The translations under genes and the position numbers were made by a program. A stretch of DNA of 64,000 nt from positions 68,200,001 through 68,264,000 of the forward strand of contig NC_043002.1 in the NCBI RefSeq assembly GCF_006345805.1. The letters are read 5' to 3'. The notes under the pieces are model-generated. The model was not told the DNA's origin and did not search any database. It saw nothing but the letters and a program-made list of their open reading frames with translations. Position 1 is the stretch's first letter. Each line of letters starts with the position of its first letter. Source of the stretch: Octopus sinensis (lineage: Eukaryota). Below are positions 24,947-37,745 of the stretch, piece by piece.

Positions 24947-25649
24947 TATGTGTGTGTGTTTTTTTGTTTGTGAAAGTGCATGGCTTAGTGGTTAGGCTGT
25001 TCAGTCCATGATCATAAAGCCAGGAGTTTGATTCCTGGAAGTGCATTGTGTCAATGAGTAAGGCACCTTATTTCACATGGCTCCAGTCCACTCAGCTGGC
25101 AAAAATAAGTAGTACCGGTAATTGAAAGGAGCCAGCCTTGTCATATTCTGTGTCATGATGAATCTCCCAGAGAACTATTCAATGGGTATACATGCCTGTG
25201 GAGTGCTCAGCTACTTGTATGCTAATTTCACAAGCAGATTGTTCTGCTGATCGGATCAGCTGAAACTCTCGTCATTGTAACTGACAGAGCGCTAGTGTGC
25301 ATGTGCATGTGTGTGTCCATGTGTACATGCTTTAGCATGCATGTGTATACACACACATGTGATGAGAGGAGTCTGTGTCTTCGTTTACATTTATGCTTCC
25401 CCTCAAATTGCTGAGCTACCAGCAGTGATGTTGTTATAATATCCCTGTAAGCAAATCATTCACAGACTTTGCATCTTCAAAGACGAGCATGTGTGTGTCT
25501 ATTTGTTAAAAAGAAGTCAGTCAATAAATATTTGGACTGATTTAAAAGCATACCGAAAGAAGCACCAAGGTCAATGTGATTGACTAAACTTTAGCAAGTG
25601 CTGCATCAGCATGGCCACTGTCCAATGACCATTGATCAATAAATGAAGA

Positions 25650-25975
25650 GATTTCGTTGTGTGTGTGTGGGAGGGTGCATGTATGTATGTGAGTGCCTGT
25701 GTCTGTATGTATGTATGTATGTGCCTGTGTATGCATGTAAGTGTGGTGCACACACACACATACGCAGTCATATACATGCACATACACACTCATGCACGCA
25801 GGTGCATGTATGTAGGTGTATGTGTGCATGAACGTATGAGTGTGCGTGCGTACGCCTGTGTGTGTGTGTGTATGCGTACGTACGCTTGTGTGTGTGTATA
25901 CGTACGTACATTTGTGTGTGTGCATGCATATGCTTGTGTGTGTGTTTGTGTGTGCACACTTATGTATGTGTGTTG
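25650..25975. repeat. Degenerate (TG)/(TA) simple repeat
   Basis: Low complexity; explains the overlapping spurious ORFs. Confidence 0.9.
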
Positions 25976-27406
25976 TTGTTCACTTCCCAACCATGAGGTT
26001 TCAGACTTCAGCTTCAGTCTGACTGTGTGACACCTACGGCAAGCATCTAATTTAGCTCTGAGCAGAGAAAAGCCCTATGAGTGGATTTGGTAGGCGTAAA
26101 CTGAAAAAAGCTCTGTCATGTGTAAATATATATATATATATATACACACCATAAAAACCCGTGTAATTTGTGCAAACTGTGTAATTTACACAGGTGATTT
26201 TAAGGATAAAAGTTGTTGAAAATCATGTAAAATCTGCACCCAAAAGTTTTCAGAATTGCTGATATGGCCAGGAGAAAAAGGTTTTCAGTTTATTTGTATT
26301 TTGCATAATTTCACTTATGATTAGATTTTATTAAATTTTCATTAAATAAAAATAATTTCTGTTTAACAGGTATCACATTAAAAGCTATTAAATTACAAAG
26401 TGTCTGTGTTGTTTATAACACAAACACTTTGTTTACATTTCTTGCCCACAAGGAATTATATCTGATCTTTAGCATACTGCTGTATGTCTTCTCAAATCAT
26501 GATCAGAATTATCAACAAAAACAAAGCTGATAAATATGCACAGGTGTTTCAAATTAAGTTTAATTACCAATAAACATCAGCTTGGATGACACTTTACTCA
26601 ACCGAGTAAAATATGTAAAATATAGCTCGGACTGTGATAACCAGCATGAACATCAGATTTCAAAAAGTAGTTAACCATTTAATGGTTTTAGTAAATTTAT
26701 GCAGAAAAAGTAAGCATTATACTGTCCAGCATAAATGAAAGTCAACTTCATTATATTTTTTTCTGTAAAAACCTATTCTGACATTAAATGAGTCAACTTC
26801 TGGTATGAATATTCACATTTTGTACATCTTTTTTCAACAGAAAAAATTTTGGAAACAATCTACTCATGTAATTTACACACCCTTAAACTTTATTTTTTAT
26901 TTTTGTGATACCAACAGTTGCCTGCTAAAAAGGAAGGTAACATTTTCCCATAGATAAATATGTTTTTCATGGAAAACTGGAAACAAATCACCTTGATTGT
27001 ATGATGATGATGCTTATTTACAGACTGGTATGCATACACACACACACTTCATATATATCATTGACTCTCCCCGTCTTAGATAACATGAGAGTTTGACAAT
27101 TTCTTGCCAAACAACCACACAGATGATCTGTTTATAGTGATTAAATGTTTGTGTACACATAAGCTTACTCTCTCCATCAAATCTACATTACCTGTACAGG
27201 TGCATCATGTGCCACATGTTAGATGATGAAATGACCACAGAACAACATGAAATGAAGTGCTTTGCTCAAGAACACAACACCCAGTCTGGGAATCAAACCC
27301 ATGATCTTGCAATCATGGGTGCAACATCCTAACCACACAAACAAGCAACTTTCAGTATCGTCTACCAAATCCACTCAGAAGGCTTTGGTTGGCCCAGGGT
27401 TATAGA

Positions 27407-27545
27407 CACTAGAATAGCTGGGGTGGGGGCGGTAAGGGCGGTCCGCACTTTTGGGTCTCCTGTAGGCAATGTGCTTTTTTGTGAAGTCCAGGGGTAGCAA
27501 ACGGAAGGGCCGACCCAGGCAGCACGCACTCTAGCTATGCTAGTG
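27407..27545. mobile_element. 139-bp CACTA-ended (CMC-like) MITE inserted in a SINE
   Basis: cactagaatagctggggtgggggc versus rc cactagcatagctagagtgcgtgc (19/24). No clean TSD. Confidence 0.45.
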
Positions 27546-27879
27546 GGTATAGAAGAGATGCTGCACAATAGGACTGACCCCAAGACCACACGGTTGGGAA
27601 GCAAACTTCTTAATCACACAGCTATGTTCATACACACACACACCAGCGCACCATGCCAAAGCCAATCCTCTGGCTCAATGGATCCTGTTGAACCTTCCAA
27701 TCTATACCACTATGGTATACGGACATTAATTGATAATAATGATGATGGAAATAGACTGATAAAACAAATACATAAAAAAACAATATCACAAGACGCATGT
27801 GAAAATAAAAGGCTAATTTTCAACCTAAAAAAAATTACATCGAGAGGCAAAAATAAAATCACTAAAGCAGAATACTCAC

Positions 27880-28017
27880 TTCTACAACTGCGGACTGATG
27901 CGAAAGATCCACCATCGGTCGATAGGGTTCAGGGGATTTGTGTAACATGACTGCAGCTGCAGCTAATGCTGCGACTGTGAGGGAGCCCGCTCCAACGTAC
28001 TTCAGGTATTCATCCAT
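27880..28017 (-). CDS. ACSL1: Long-chain-fatty-acid--CoA ligase (ACSL1/5/6-like), probable first coding exon (exon 28019-27880; ATG at 28017)
   Basis: Minus strand: acceptor cctgtttattccag, then AC-ATG, donor GAA|gtgagt. Encodes MDEYLKYVGAGSLTVAALAAAAVMLHKSPEPYRPMVDLSHQSAVVE: a hydrophobic anchor followed by a P..DLS.QS motif like human ACSL1 (..KPPCDLSMQSVEVA). Ends in phase 0. The paralog (1/5/6) cannot be resolved from this fragment. Confidence 0.85.
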
Positions 28018-28599
28018 GTCTGGAATAAACAGGATTTAAGTTAAAGCATTTCAAAATTGTGACCAAACAATTTAAAATTCAAAACACTGATTGTAAGCAT
28101 TTATTGTATATATGCCTAAACACACACACACATTATTTTACTGTCTATTTTTCCATGCTTGCATGGGCCGAATAAATTTCATTGCAGCAGATTTTCTACA
28201 GCTGGATACTTTTCCTATCACCAACCTTCACCTGTTTCTAAGCAAGGTAATATTTCTCCATAGCTATATATGTTTTCAGAGAATACTGGAAGAGAATGGC
28301 ATTCATTTATAATAATCATTGCAATGTCAAGACGACACACAAGCACACAAGGTGGACCAGAAGTCATGCACCAAAACGTCTGACATATTTGTGTTATTAT
28401 TATTATTATTCATTCATTCATTCATTCATTGTGCTCATCATGTACAAGTATATGTGTATTCAGGATTATTTTATCTATTTTATTCAATTTTAGAATGGAA
28501 ACAGGTCTTCAACAATTCCAAAGTGTACTGAACTTATTTTGTGTAGGACTTTTGGCCCACACTGAATGTGTGTGTATGTAAATATATATATATATATAT

Positions 28600-28755
28600 C
28601 ATCATCATCATCATCATCGTCGTTTAACGTCCGTTCTCCATGCTAGCATGGGTTGGACGGTTCGACCGGGGTTCTGGGAAGCCAGAAGGCTGCACCAGGC
28701 TCCAGTCTAATTTGGCAATGTTTCTACAGCTGGATGCCCTTCCTAACGCCAACCA
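28600..28755 (-). mobile_element. RTE 3' tail fragment
   Basis: Reverse complement of 12200-12353. Confidence 0.88.
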
Positions 28756-28774
28756 ATATATATATATATATATA

Positions 28775-29316
28775 CAGGGTGCATTGAATAAACTATCGTC
28801 TACCAAAATTACATAAAATGATCTTGAAATACTAAAGAGTGGCTGTGTGGTAAGTAGCTTGCTTGCCAACCACATGGTTCTGGGTTCAGTCCCACTGCAT
28901 GGCACCTTGGGCAAGTGTCTTCTACTATAGCCTCAGGCTGACCAAAGCCTTGTGAGTGGATTTGGTAGACAGAAACTGAAAGAAGCCCGTCATATATATG
29001 TAGATATATATATATATGTATGTGTGTATATATGTTTGTGTGTCTGTGTGTCCCCCAACATCGCTTGACAACCGATGCTGGTGTGTTTACGTCCCCGTAA
29101 CTTAGTGGTTCGGCAAAAGAGACCGATAGAATAAGTACTACATGCTGTTTCCAAATTTCTGGCAGAGTGAATTATGTCATGGTGCTCTTTTTCTCACAGA
29201 CGGTGCCCAACTGACCCTACTATACTGTGTAGCCGATAAAATCAGAAACAAACAATGCGCATGTGTGAAATATTAAAAAAAATATAAAATGGCAACAATT
29301 TACCTATTATACCCTG
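28775..29316. mobile_element. Possible Tc1/mariner-type nonautonomous element interrupted by a SINE
   Basis: TA-cagggt..accctg-TA ends with only weak TIR similarity; SINE at about 28846-29140 inside. Confidence 0.4.
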
Positions 29317-29439
29317 TATATATATGTGTGTGTGTGTGTGTATAGATATATATATACACACAGAGGCATGCATAAAATATATACATACAGATCATCGTCA
29401 TCATTGCATACAAATATACATATGTATATATGCAATATG

Positions 29440-29771
29440 TATTCACCAGGCCTCACACCACCAGACTTCTTTTTTTTATGGGGATACTCAAAATAGTATT
29501 TATAGTACAAAACTGGCAATGGTCAACAAACTGAGGGAGGCCATTTAATGAAAACGTGCTCAAATTCTAAACAAAATGTCTCTTCATGTTTACAATTCCA
29601 CTTCTTCATGTTATCAGCAGAACCTGAACTAGAACAGTCATCACTTTGAAAACAGGCATTCGTAAGAAAAATTAAATCCTGTCTATAGAGTGAAATTTTG
29701 GAACTGAAATATATTTTAATAAACACTGACAACGTAATTAATTAATGTATGTATACATTTTTTGGGACAGC

Positions 29772-29776
<5 letters not shown>
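29440..29776 (+). mobile_element. 3' fragment of a Tc1/mariner-superfamily transposon (SPDLTPxDFFLWG type) with right TIR
   Basis: SPGLTPPDFFF/WGY..SIYSTKLAMVNKLREAI (frameshifted); end tgtatacatttttttgggacagcctctg. Confidence 0.65.
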
Positions 29777-29802
<26 letters not shown>

Positions 29803-29821
29803 CATGTGAAAAAAAAAAACA

Positions 29822-29935
29822 GAAATGGCTTTTCTGATAATGTTTTCACTGTAGTAATTAGAGGTTTATAAGATATTAGGTAACTTAAAAACATTTAATT
29901 ATTAAAGTGGAAAAATTATCAGAAAAAGCCATTTC
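29822..29935. repeat. Short inverted-repeat element (about 30-bp arms)
   Basis: gaaatggcttttctgataatgttttcact versus rc gaaatggctttttctgataatttttccact. Confidence 0.7.
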
Positions 29936-31481
29936 GATCCAAGGACTATTTCTTATTCTACTATATACACATACATGCATATATATATACACACACACAC
30001 ACACATACAAACATACATAGTCAAACATACATACATACACAGACAGACAGATAGATACACACATATATGCATATACATGTCACAAAATCATAGTCACTTG
30101 CAAGTGACAGTCTTTTTTGTGTGTGGGGGGGTACACATATATAAACACAAGAACATTTTCAACATGTAATTTCTTCAAATGACAAGTGATTTTGTAAATT
30201 AAGAATCTCTGAGATTGATAATGTTACAAGTCTGAAAAATGAATTAAAATGCAATACAACAAATAATGTAACACACGAAAAAAAAAAAAAATCAACTGCA
30301 ATAAACAACAAAAAAAAAGTTTAAAAAATTTTTCATATTTTAACCCAAATTAAGAAATATAACACAAGTCTCAATCTGAACTCACGTAATTCATGTTTCC
30401 TATATTTGTAGGTGTTTTGGATTTTTACTGGTACATAATTTCGGCGCTCTGAAAAGTATTTCTTTGCTGTCGTTTCTATTTCTTTCACATTTAAATATAT
30501 GAGTATAACCGTATCCTGTAGTCTGGTGTGTGAAATAAAAACATTTTCAAAATAGGAAATAACACAACTGATTCACATCTGCATGCGTTAAGTGGGGAAG
30601 GGGAGGTATGTAAGTATGTGGGAGTGTGAGCATGCAGAAATGCACAGATGTGCAAAAAAACATGTCGTTCAAAGTCACCCCTTTTCTTTAAAAAGTATTC
30701 CAAGCGTGACCATTGTGCCTTTTTAAAATGTTCTTTGTCCCTGAAAGCATTACAGCTGTGACAAAGATTTCAAAGAATTTCAAGTCATTTTTTTAAAACC
30801 GTTCCAAATGTGACCATCCTACCTTCCAAACCTGATCACCTTGTCTATCTTTATTAAGCCAATATCTTCCTACCAATCAGACAGTGTATTTGCTATACAT
30901 TATTCAATGTTTTCATTAAAAGAAAATATGGTATGGGATGATACAGGAGATATTAGAAAATGAGATAAGATGATCATATTTGCAATGCAAAATGTTTACT
31001 AAAACAGGTTTATAGTTTGAATGCTTAAAAAAACAAAATGGTTACTGAGAGAACACTTTTTAAAAAGGCAGGAACGACTGTTAAAACACCTATGAAGTTT
31101 TAGTGCATCTGCGCATTCACATTTCCAGATATCCATGCAAAACTGCATGTGCATGTGTATTTGTGTGCATGTACATAAAATATATATACATAAGCATGCA
31201 CACTCAAACATGTATACACAAACATATATATATATATAAATAAATGTACACACACATATATATATATATATATCCTTCATAATATATGTTTGGTAAATAT
31301 ACATAGATAGATTTATGTACATATTCACAGGTGTGGCTCTGAGGTTAAGAAGCATACTGCCCAACAATGTGGTCTTGGGTTCAGTCCCATTGTATGGAAC
31401 ACTGGGCAAGTGCCTTCTACTAAATATCAGGAATGAAGATAGAAACAGGTGCACTGCCACAAGGGAAATACATGATTACCC

Positions 31482-31596
31482 AACCTGTACGAGTCCATAC
31501 CGCATGGAATCCAAGCTGTAATTACTGCCAAAAGCAGTCCAACCCCATATTAAAATAAATTTGTTTGAAATTTTAAGGTGTTTCCATTATTTTGTC
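31482..31596 (+). mobile_element. Right-end fragment of the same Tc1 family
   Basis: Encodes NLYESIPHGIQAVITAKSSPTPY* followed by aaggtgtttccattattttgtc, nearly identical to 46867-46950. Confidence 0.85.
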
Positions 31597-31625
31597 GCGC
31601 GCGCGCGTGTGTGTGTGTGTGTGTT

Positions 31626-31661
<36 letters not shown>

Positions 31662-34097
31662 CAGACACAGACACACACAAAGATCTGACATAATCCAACT
31701 GGGTAGCCCAATTTCATAATCCTAAGTACCAGGATACAGTAATCCAGGTCTGTGGCACTCCAAGAAATAAGGTATTCCAATAAGTGCCCATTTTGACTTG
31801 ATAAATGTAGAAAGAAGTCCATGGACTTGCAATGACTACATGCCAAAGAACAAAATAAAAAGAAGACAGGTGAAGTTTGTAGTCAAATTTATTAGTCTGA
31901 CACTCGGTGAAATGGAAAGAGTGAATGTGATATTGTTCTTCCTTGGCATAGGATATCCAGTGGGAAGAGAGAAGAAAAAAACCAAGAATAAAGAAAAAAA
32001 AAATATAAGGATTCAGCCAAGAAGGATTGCTTGTGTGAAGCTGGTGTACATGATGGCCATTGAAACTGTGTATACTGGGCTCTCTGCAGATATAGACACT
32101 TGAGACATGCTGTATGTTTTAGCAAGTGCTATTTTAAGATGGGCGCCATGGATGCTGCAGTATCAGGAGGCCAATTAATATAATTCATCTACTTTCCTCA
32201 CCCTTAACTAGGCCTATCAGAAACTGTGTAGAATCACAAGATCTCAAAAGTCAAAGAGAAACCCTGTGTGATTGCCCCTTGCCAACTTCATTATGGTCAC
32301 TCCAAGTGAACCTCTGATGTGGTGATTACAAGCCAACCACTTGGTTGATCCACACCACTGCATGTTCATTTCAGTCAATGAACAAGTCTTTACATTGTTG
32401 CTCTGAGTAAATGTAGAAGCTTCTTCCTTCTGTCTGCAAGAAATAGCAGCCACATTTCCCTCAGGTCAAACCCTACCATCTTAGAAAAGCAGAACATGCT
32501 GGATAATATGGACTTGAGTTTACTGTGCCAAGGAAAAAGACAGGATTGACACAGATGGAATACTCTGAATCCTTTAGCAGTTAAACCAATTATATCAAAC
32601 CTAAATATTCTACCTGTTTGATATTCAAACTAGCCAGACCCCACCTCTCACACCTACTCTACAATGTCACTAAGAATAAGGATTAATTTGAAACAATAAG
32701 AATAAATAAGTTTAACAGAATTAACTGAATGCCAAAGGGTTATTCCTAACTGTTTCATCTGGGTTAAACAACTAAAAAATATATTTTTATTCAAACCCTA
32801 TAAACAAGTAAAAATTAGTTCAATAGAGACAGAGTTTGTGGCTTAGTATGTTCAGTTCAACGTCCTACTAAACAAACATTTACTGGTTATGAATTGCAAA
32901 CCTACAATAGTAAGTATCTTAAGCAGTTGTGGAAAGTATGTCAAGAACTTGTGATTGTCGCTTGATATTGCAAAGTCTCTTATTAAAAGGCACCGTGTAC
33001 AAATATCTGCTTGCTGAGATAGTGTTGATAACAGTCATAGATGAAGTGTTTTAGAATTTGTCATGGCCTCGTTGAAAAATAATGAAGTTAAAAACTGAGG
33101 TTGATGATGACGAAGACAATGACAATAATAATAATTACATATGATGTTTAAATATTATAGTTATTAAATAAGAACATATTACTAAGAATGCCTGTTCAAA
33201 ATCATCATCGTTTAATGCTTGTTTTCCATGTTGGCATGGGTTGGACAGTTTGACAGGAGCTGGCCTGCTGGGGAGCTGTTCAGATACCAAATTGTTTGTT
33301 GTGGAATGGTTTCTTATTTCTTTATTGCCCACAAGGGGCTAAACACAGAGGGGACAAACAAGGACTGACAAAGGGATTAAGTCAATTAGATTGACCCCAG
33401 TGAATATCTGGTACTTAATTTATCGACCCCAAAAGGATGAAAGGCAAAGTCAACCCCAGCAGAATTTGAACTCAGAATGTAATGGCAGACGAAATACTAC
33501 TAAGCATTTCGCCTGGTATGCTAATGTTTCTGCCAGCTCGCCACCCTAGATGTTGTAGAATCAACATCTTGTTGTGGAATGGTTTCTATAACTGGATGCC
33601 TTTCCTAATGCCAACAACTTTACAGAGTGTGCTGGGTGCTTTTTATGTGCCACCAGCATAGGTGTGTTCATGCAACTGCCAGTGCACACAAGTGCATTTT
33701 ATATAAGACCGGCACATCTAAAGAACAAGCTTCTATGTATGGATGACAACGATTTTACTTTTCTTGATGCATCTTTTCATGTACAGCAATTCACAACTCC
33801 CGATTCCTAGTCATTTCCTCAGTGAGGCCCAGCATTGTGTTCCCACTGAGGTCAACTTTGCCTTTCATCCTTCTTGGACAGATGAAATGAAGTACCAGTC
33901 AAGTACTGGGGTTAATGTAACCGACTTGCCCCTTCCCCTTCAAGTTGCTGGCCTTGAATGCTACGATGGACCAGAATCTTGTTTAAGGAAATATTGTGAT
34001 CTCCATTACTTATATGCCATGGAAACTGGGTAGCCAACCTTACAAGTTCTGAGGCACAAAGAAGAGAAACACTGTATAACAATAACAGGTAAGTGAG

Positions 34098-34976
34098 ATC
34101 ATCAGCAGCAGCAGCGCCATTTAACATCCATTGGACAGTTTGACTGGGGACTGGCAAGCCTGTAGGCTGCACCAGGCTCCAATTTGCTCTGGCAAGGTTT
34201 CTACAGCTGGATGCCCTTCCTAATGCCAACCATTCTGAGAGTATAGTGGGTACTTTTTACATGCCATCGGTACAGGAGCCAGTCAAGCAACACTGGCATC
34301 CACCACATTTGGACAGTGCTTTTTACGTGCTACCAGCACCAGTGCCAGTCAGGTGGTACTGGCATCAGCCACAACTACAATTTCACTCGACTCAGCAGGT
34401 TTTCTCAAGCACAGCATATCTCCAAAGGTCTTGGTCTCTTGTCATTGCCTCTGTGAGGCCTAATGTTCAAAGGTTGTGCTACACCACCTCATCCCATGAC
34501 TTCCTGGATCTACCACTTCCACAGGTTCCTTCCATTTGTTAGGGTATGACACTTCTTCACACAGTTCTTCTCATCCGTATGTAGTATATGACCATACCAG
34601 CGCAGTCATCTCTCTTGCACACCACATCTGATGCTTCTTATGTCCAACTTCTCTCTCAGGGCACTTACACTCTGTTGTATATGCACACTGACATTACATA
34701 TCCAGCAGATCATACTAGCTTCAGTTCTTTCAAGCCTTGGCAGTCAGGGCCCATGTTTCACTGCCATGTAGCATGGCTGTTCGCATACATGCTTCATACA
34801 GTCTACCTTTCACTCTGAGCGAGAGGCCCTTTGTTACCAGCAGAGGTAGGAGCTCTCTGAACTTTGTCCAGGATATTCTTATTTTAGTGGCTGCGCTCTC
34901 AGAGCATCCACCCACATAACAGACTTGGTCACCTATGTAGTGGAAACTATCAACTACTTCTAGTTTCTCTCCCTGG
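34098..34976 (-). mobile_element. Older RTE LINE 3' fragment
   Basis: Minus ORF 34730-35005 gives QGEKLEVVDSFHYIGD..LLVTKGLSLRVKGRLY..LHGSETW. Decayed 3' UTR and tail near 34100. Confidence 0.92.
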
Positions 34977-35272
34977 TATGTGTAAATAAATATGCACAAA
35001 TGCATGTTCTTTTATAATTTAAAGAGTAGATATAAATATACAGTAAATTACAAAGAAGGGTAATTGAGTTATAATCTGAAAGTGGTAATGTGCCTATAGA
35101 ACAGTGATTCCTAACCTCTCCTATGTCCTGAACCCCTACAAAATGTCTGATTAATTTTCATACCCACCAACCCACCTACAAAAGTAATATCACATATAAA
35201 AATGAAAAATGTTCTTTTTCTAATAACTAGCATTTTTTTTATGTTTTAAATATAGGCATATATATAGGCTTA

Positions 35273-35659
35273 AGAGTGGCTGTGTGGTAAGTAGCTTGCT
35301 TATCGAACACATGGTTCTGGGTTCAGTCCCACTGCGTGGCACCTTGGGCAAGTGTCTTCTACTATAGCCTCGGGCTGACCAAAGCCTTGTGAGTGGATTT
35401 GGTAGACGGAAACTGAAAGAAGCCCGTTGTATATATATATATGTGTGTGTGTATACGTTTGTGTGTCTGTTTGTCTCCCCCTAACATCGCTTAACAACTG
35501 ATGCTGGTGTGTTACGTCCCCGTAACCTAGCGGTTCGACAAAAGAGACCAATAGAATAAGTACTAGGCTTAGAAAGAATAAGTCCTGGGGTCGATTTGCT
35601 CAACTAAAGGCGGTGCTCCAGCTTGGCCACAGTCAAATGACTGAAACAAGTAAAAGAGT
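35273..35659 (+). mobile_element. CORE-like composite SINE, full length
   Basis: tRNA-like head with A/B boxes (ggctgtgtggt; ggttcagtccc), ttgggcaagtg core, internal (TA/TG)n, 3' module ending aagtaaaagag. Confidence 0.86.
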
Positions 35660-36769
35660 ATAACAACATACTGTAGTAAGGGGGTAAAGAAAAAGAACTA
35701 GAAAAATAAGCATAAAAATTTGCATAAAATGCAAATGTAAACTGAGCCATTAGAAAAAATAGTAAGCAGTAAAATTAATGATGTATCATGAACTTTTAAT
35801 AGTTTTATTCTGAAAAGTGATTTAAATAAAGTACATATTTTCTCGCTTTGTGAAAACACTGAAATGCTATCCTGTACCCTTTGGAATGCAGTCACTCCAG
35901 ATTGGAAAACCTTGCTATAGAGCAATTTAAAGTGCACTTCACTAATGCTTGCATAGATCAAACAGAATTCAGTGAGGCAGATTTTCTAGTCATAAGCCCT
36001 TCTGATCACCAAGGCTCAATATTTCCTTATGGCTGGACATGTTTTCACAAAAGACTGAAAATGAGGGGCACCACTTGTATGACAGCAACATTTCTTGATA
36101 ACTAGCACATGATATCAAGACAAGGAGGGAGGGATGAACACGCACACACACACACTCGCACTAGGCTTTGCATTTCTGTCTATCAAATCCATTCACAAAG
36201 CTTTATAAATACAAGAATTTAAATAAATGATTTTTTATTACACATAGTGGCATTTCAAAATAAATCTTAAAGAATGAGCTAGTGTTTCTGCAGATACTTC
36301 AACACATATTGCATGTCACTGCAATATAAATAAAACGAACACAAAAACCATTGTTGTGTAAGTTGAAGATGAATGACAAAGAAACAAAAGGAGATCTCAC
36401 ATGACTTTTGTGTCAACATAAATCCCATCTCAATAGCAGATAAAGTATTGGCAACAGTTTCCCCATTTCAAGTATATTATTACTGTATTTATTCAATGTC
36501 ATAATCAGAGATGTATATCAAATACTTCTCAAATGTGTAATTTCATCAAAAAGTAGTCCAAGTAAGAAATACTAAACTATGGCTGTCTACTGAAAATATT
36601 TCTTTAACAATCAAAGTCCTGTGCTTTATTGCATTATGGAGCATTTTCCTAAAGTGCAATGCAGTGGAATCAAAACCTTAACTTTAACTGTCTTTAGCCT
36701 TATGTTGACCAATACTTGTGGAGTGAAATTTGGTAGATGGAAACAATATTGAAATTTTTATTACATGTA

Positions 36770-37745
36770 TCATCATCATTTAGCAACCACTTTCCATGCT
36801 GGCATGGGTTAGATGGTTTGACTGGAACTGATATGCCCGAGAGCTGTTCCAGGGGCTAGTCTGATTTTGGCTTGGTTTCTATGGCTGGATGCCCTTCCTA
36901 ATGCTAGCCACTCCAAGAGTGTAGTGGGTGCCTTTGCTGTGTCATTGGCATGAGTGCTTTTACATGTCACCAACACAGGTGCTGGTATGTGTCACCGGCA
37001 CAGGTGCTTCTATATGTCACTGGCACTGGCCACAACTACGATTTCACTTGACAAGTCTTCTCAAACACAACAAATCACCAAAGGTCTTCATCACTTGTCA
37101 TTGCCTCCACGAGATCCAACTTTCAAAGATCCTGCTTCATCACATTCCATGTCTTTCTGTGTCTATCTCTTCCACAGGTTCCCTCCAGTTAGAGATCAGA
37201 ACTTTTTTTTACACAGCTGTCCTCATCCATATGCATCCCATGACCATACCAGCACAGTCATCTCTCTTGCACAACACATCTGATGCCTCTTATGCCCAAC
37301 TTTTCTCTCAAGATGCTTACACTGTCATACATGCACACTGATAATGCACATCCAGTGAAACATACTAGCCTCATTTCTTTCAAGCCTTCACATGTCCTCT
37401 ACAGTCACAGCCCATGTTTTACTGCAGTGTAGCATGGCCGTTCACATACAGGCATCATACAATCTGCCTTTCACTCTAAGAAAGAGGCCCTTTGTTACCA
37501 ACAAAGGCAGAAGCTCCCTGGACTTTGCCCAGCCTATTCTTATTCTAGCAGCTATGCTCTTCCACTGCTGACTTTGGTCATCTGGATAACAGAAGTTATT
37601 GACTACTCCCAGGTATCCCCACTGGCACTTGATAGAGTCTATTTTCTGTACATTTCTAGTGTTTATCGTACATGTACATCTGCCACATACAAAGACTATT
37701 TTCCCAGTTAACATTCCTGTGATATTGCTGCACCTCTTATGGCTT
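36770..37745 (-). mobile_element. Decayed RTE LINE fragment including the C-terminal half of the PHD finger; another RTE 3' tail (about 37750-37960) sits directly at its 5' end
   Basis: Minus ORF 37442-37843 gives HKRCSNITGMLTGKIVFVCGRC..IGWAKSRELLPLLVTKGL. (ATC)n tail at about 36770. Confidence 0.88.

Larger units (their letters stand above)
4678..27879 (-). other. 23.2-kb GT-AG intron of the ACSL-like gene, filled with TEs
   Basis: Bounded by gtgagt (27879) and tttcag (4678). Direct joining gives QSAVVE|GREK, colinear with the ACSL1 N-terminus. Confidence 0.75.

Noticed and set aside
27537-27950. 137-aa plus-strand ORF
   Set aside because: A patchwork of SINE, RTE tail and the antisense of the ACSL exon.
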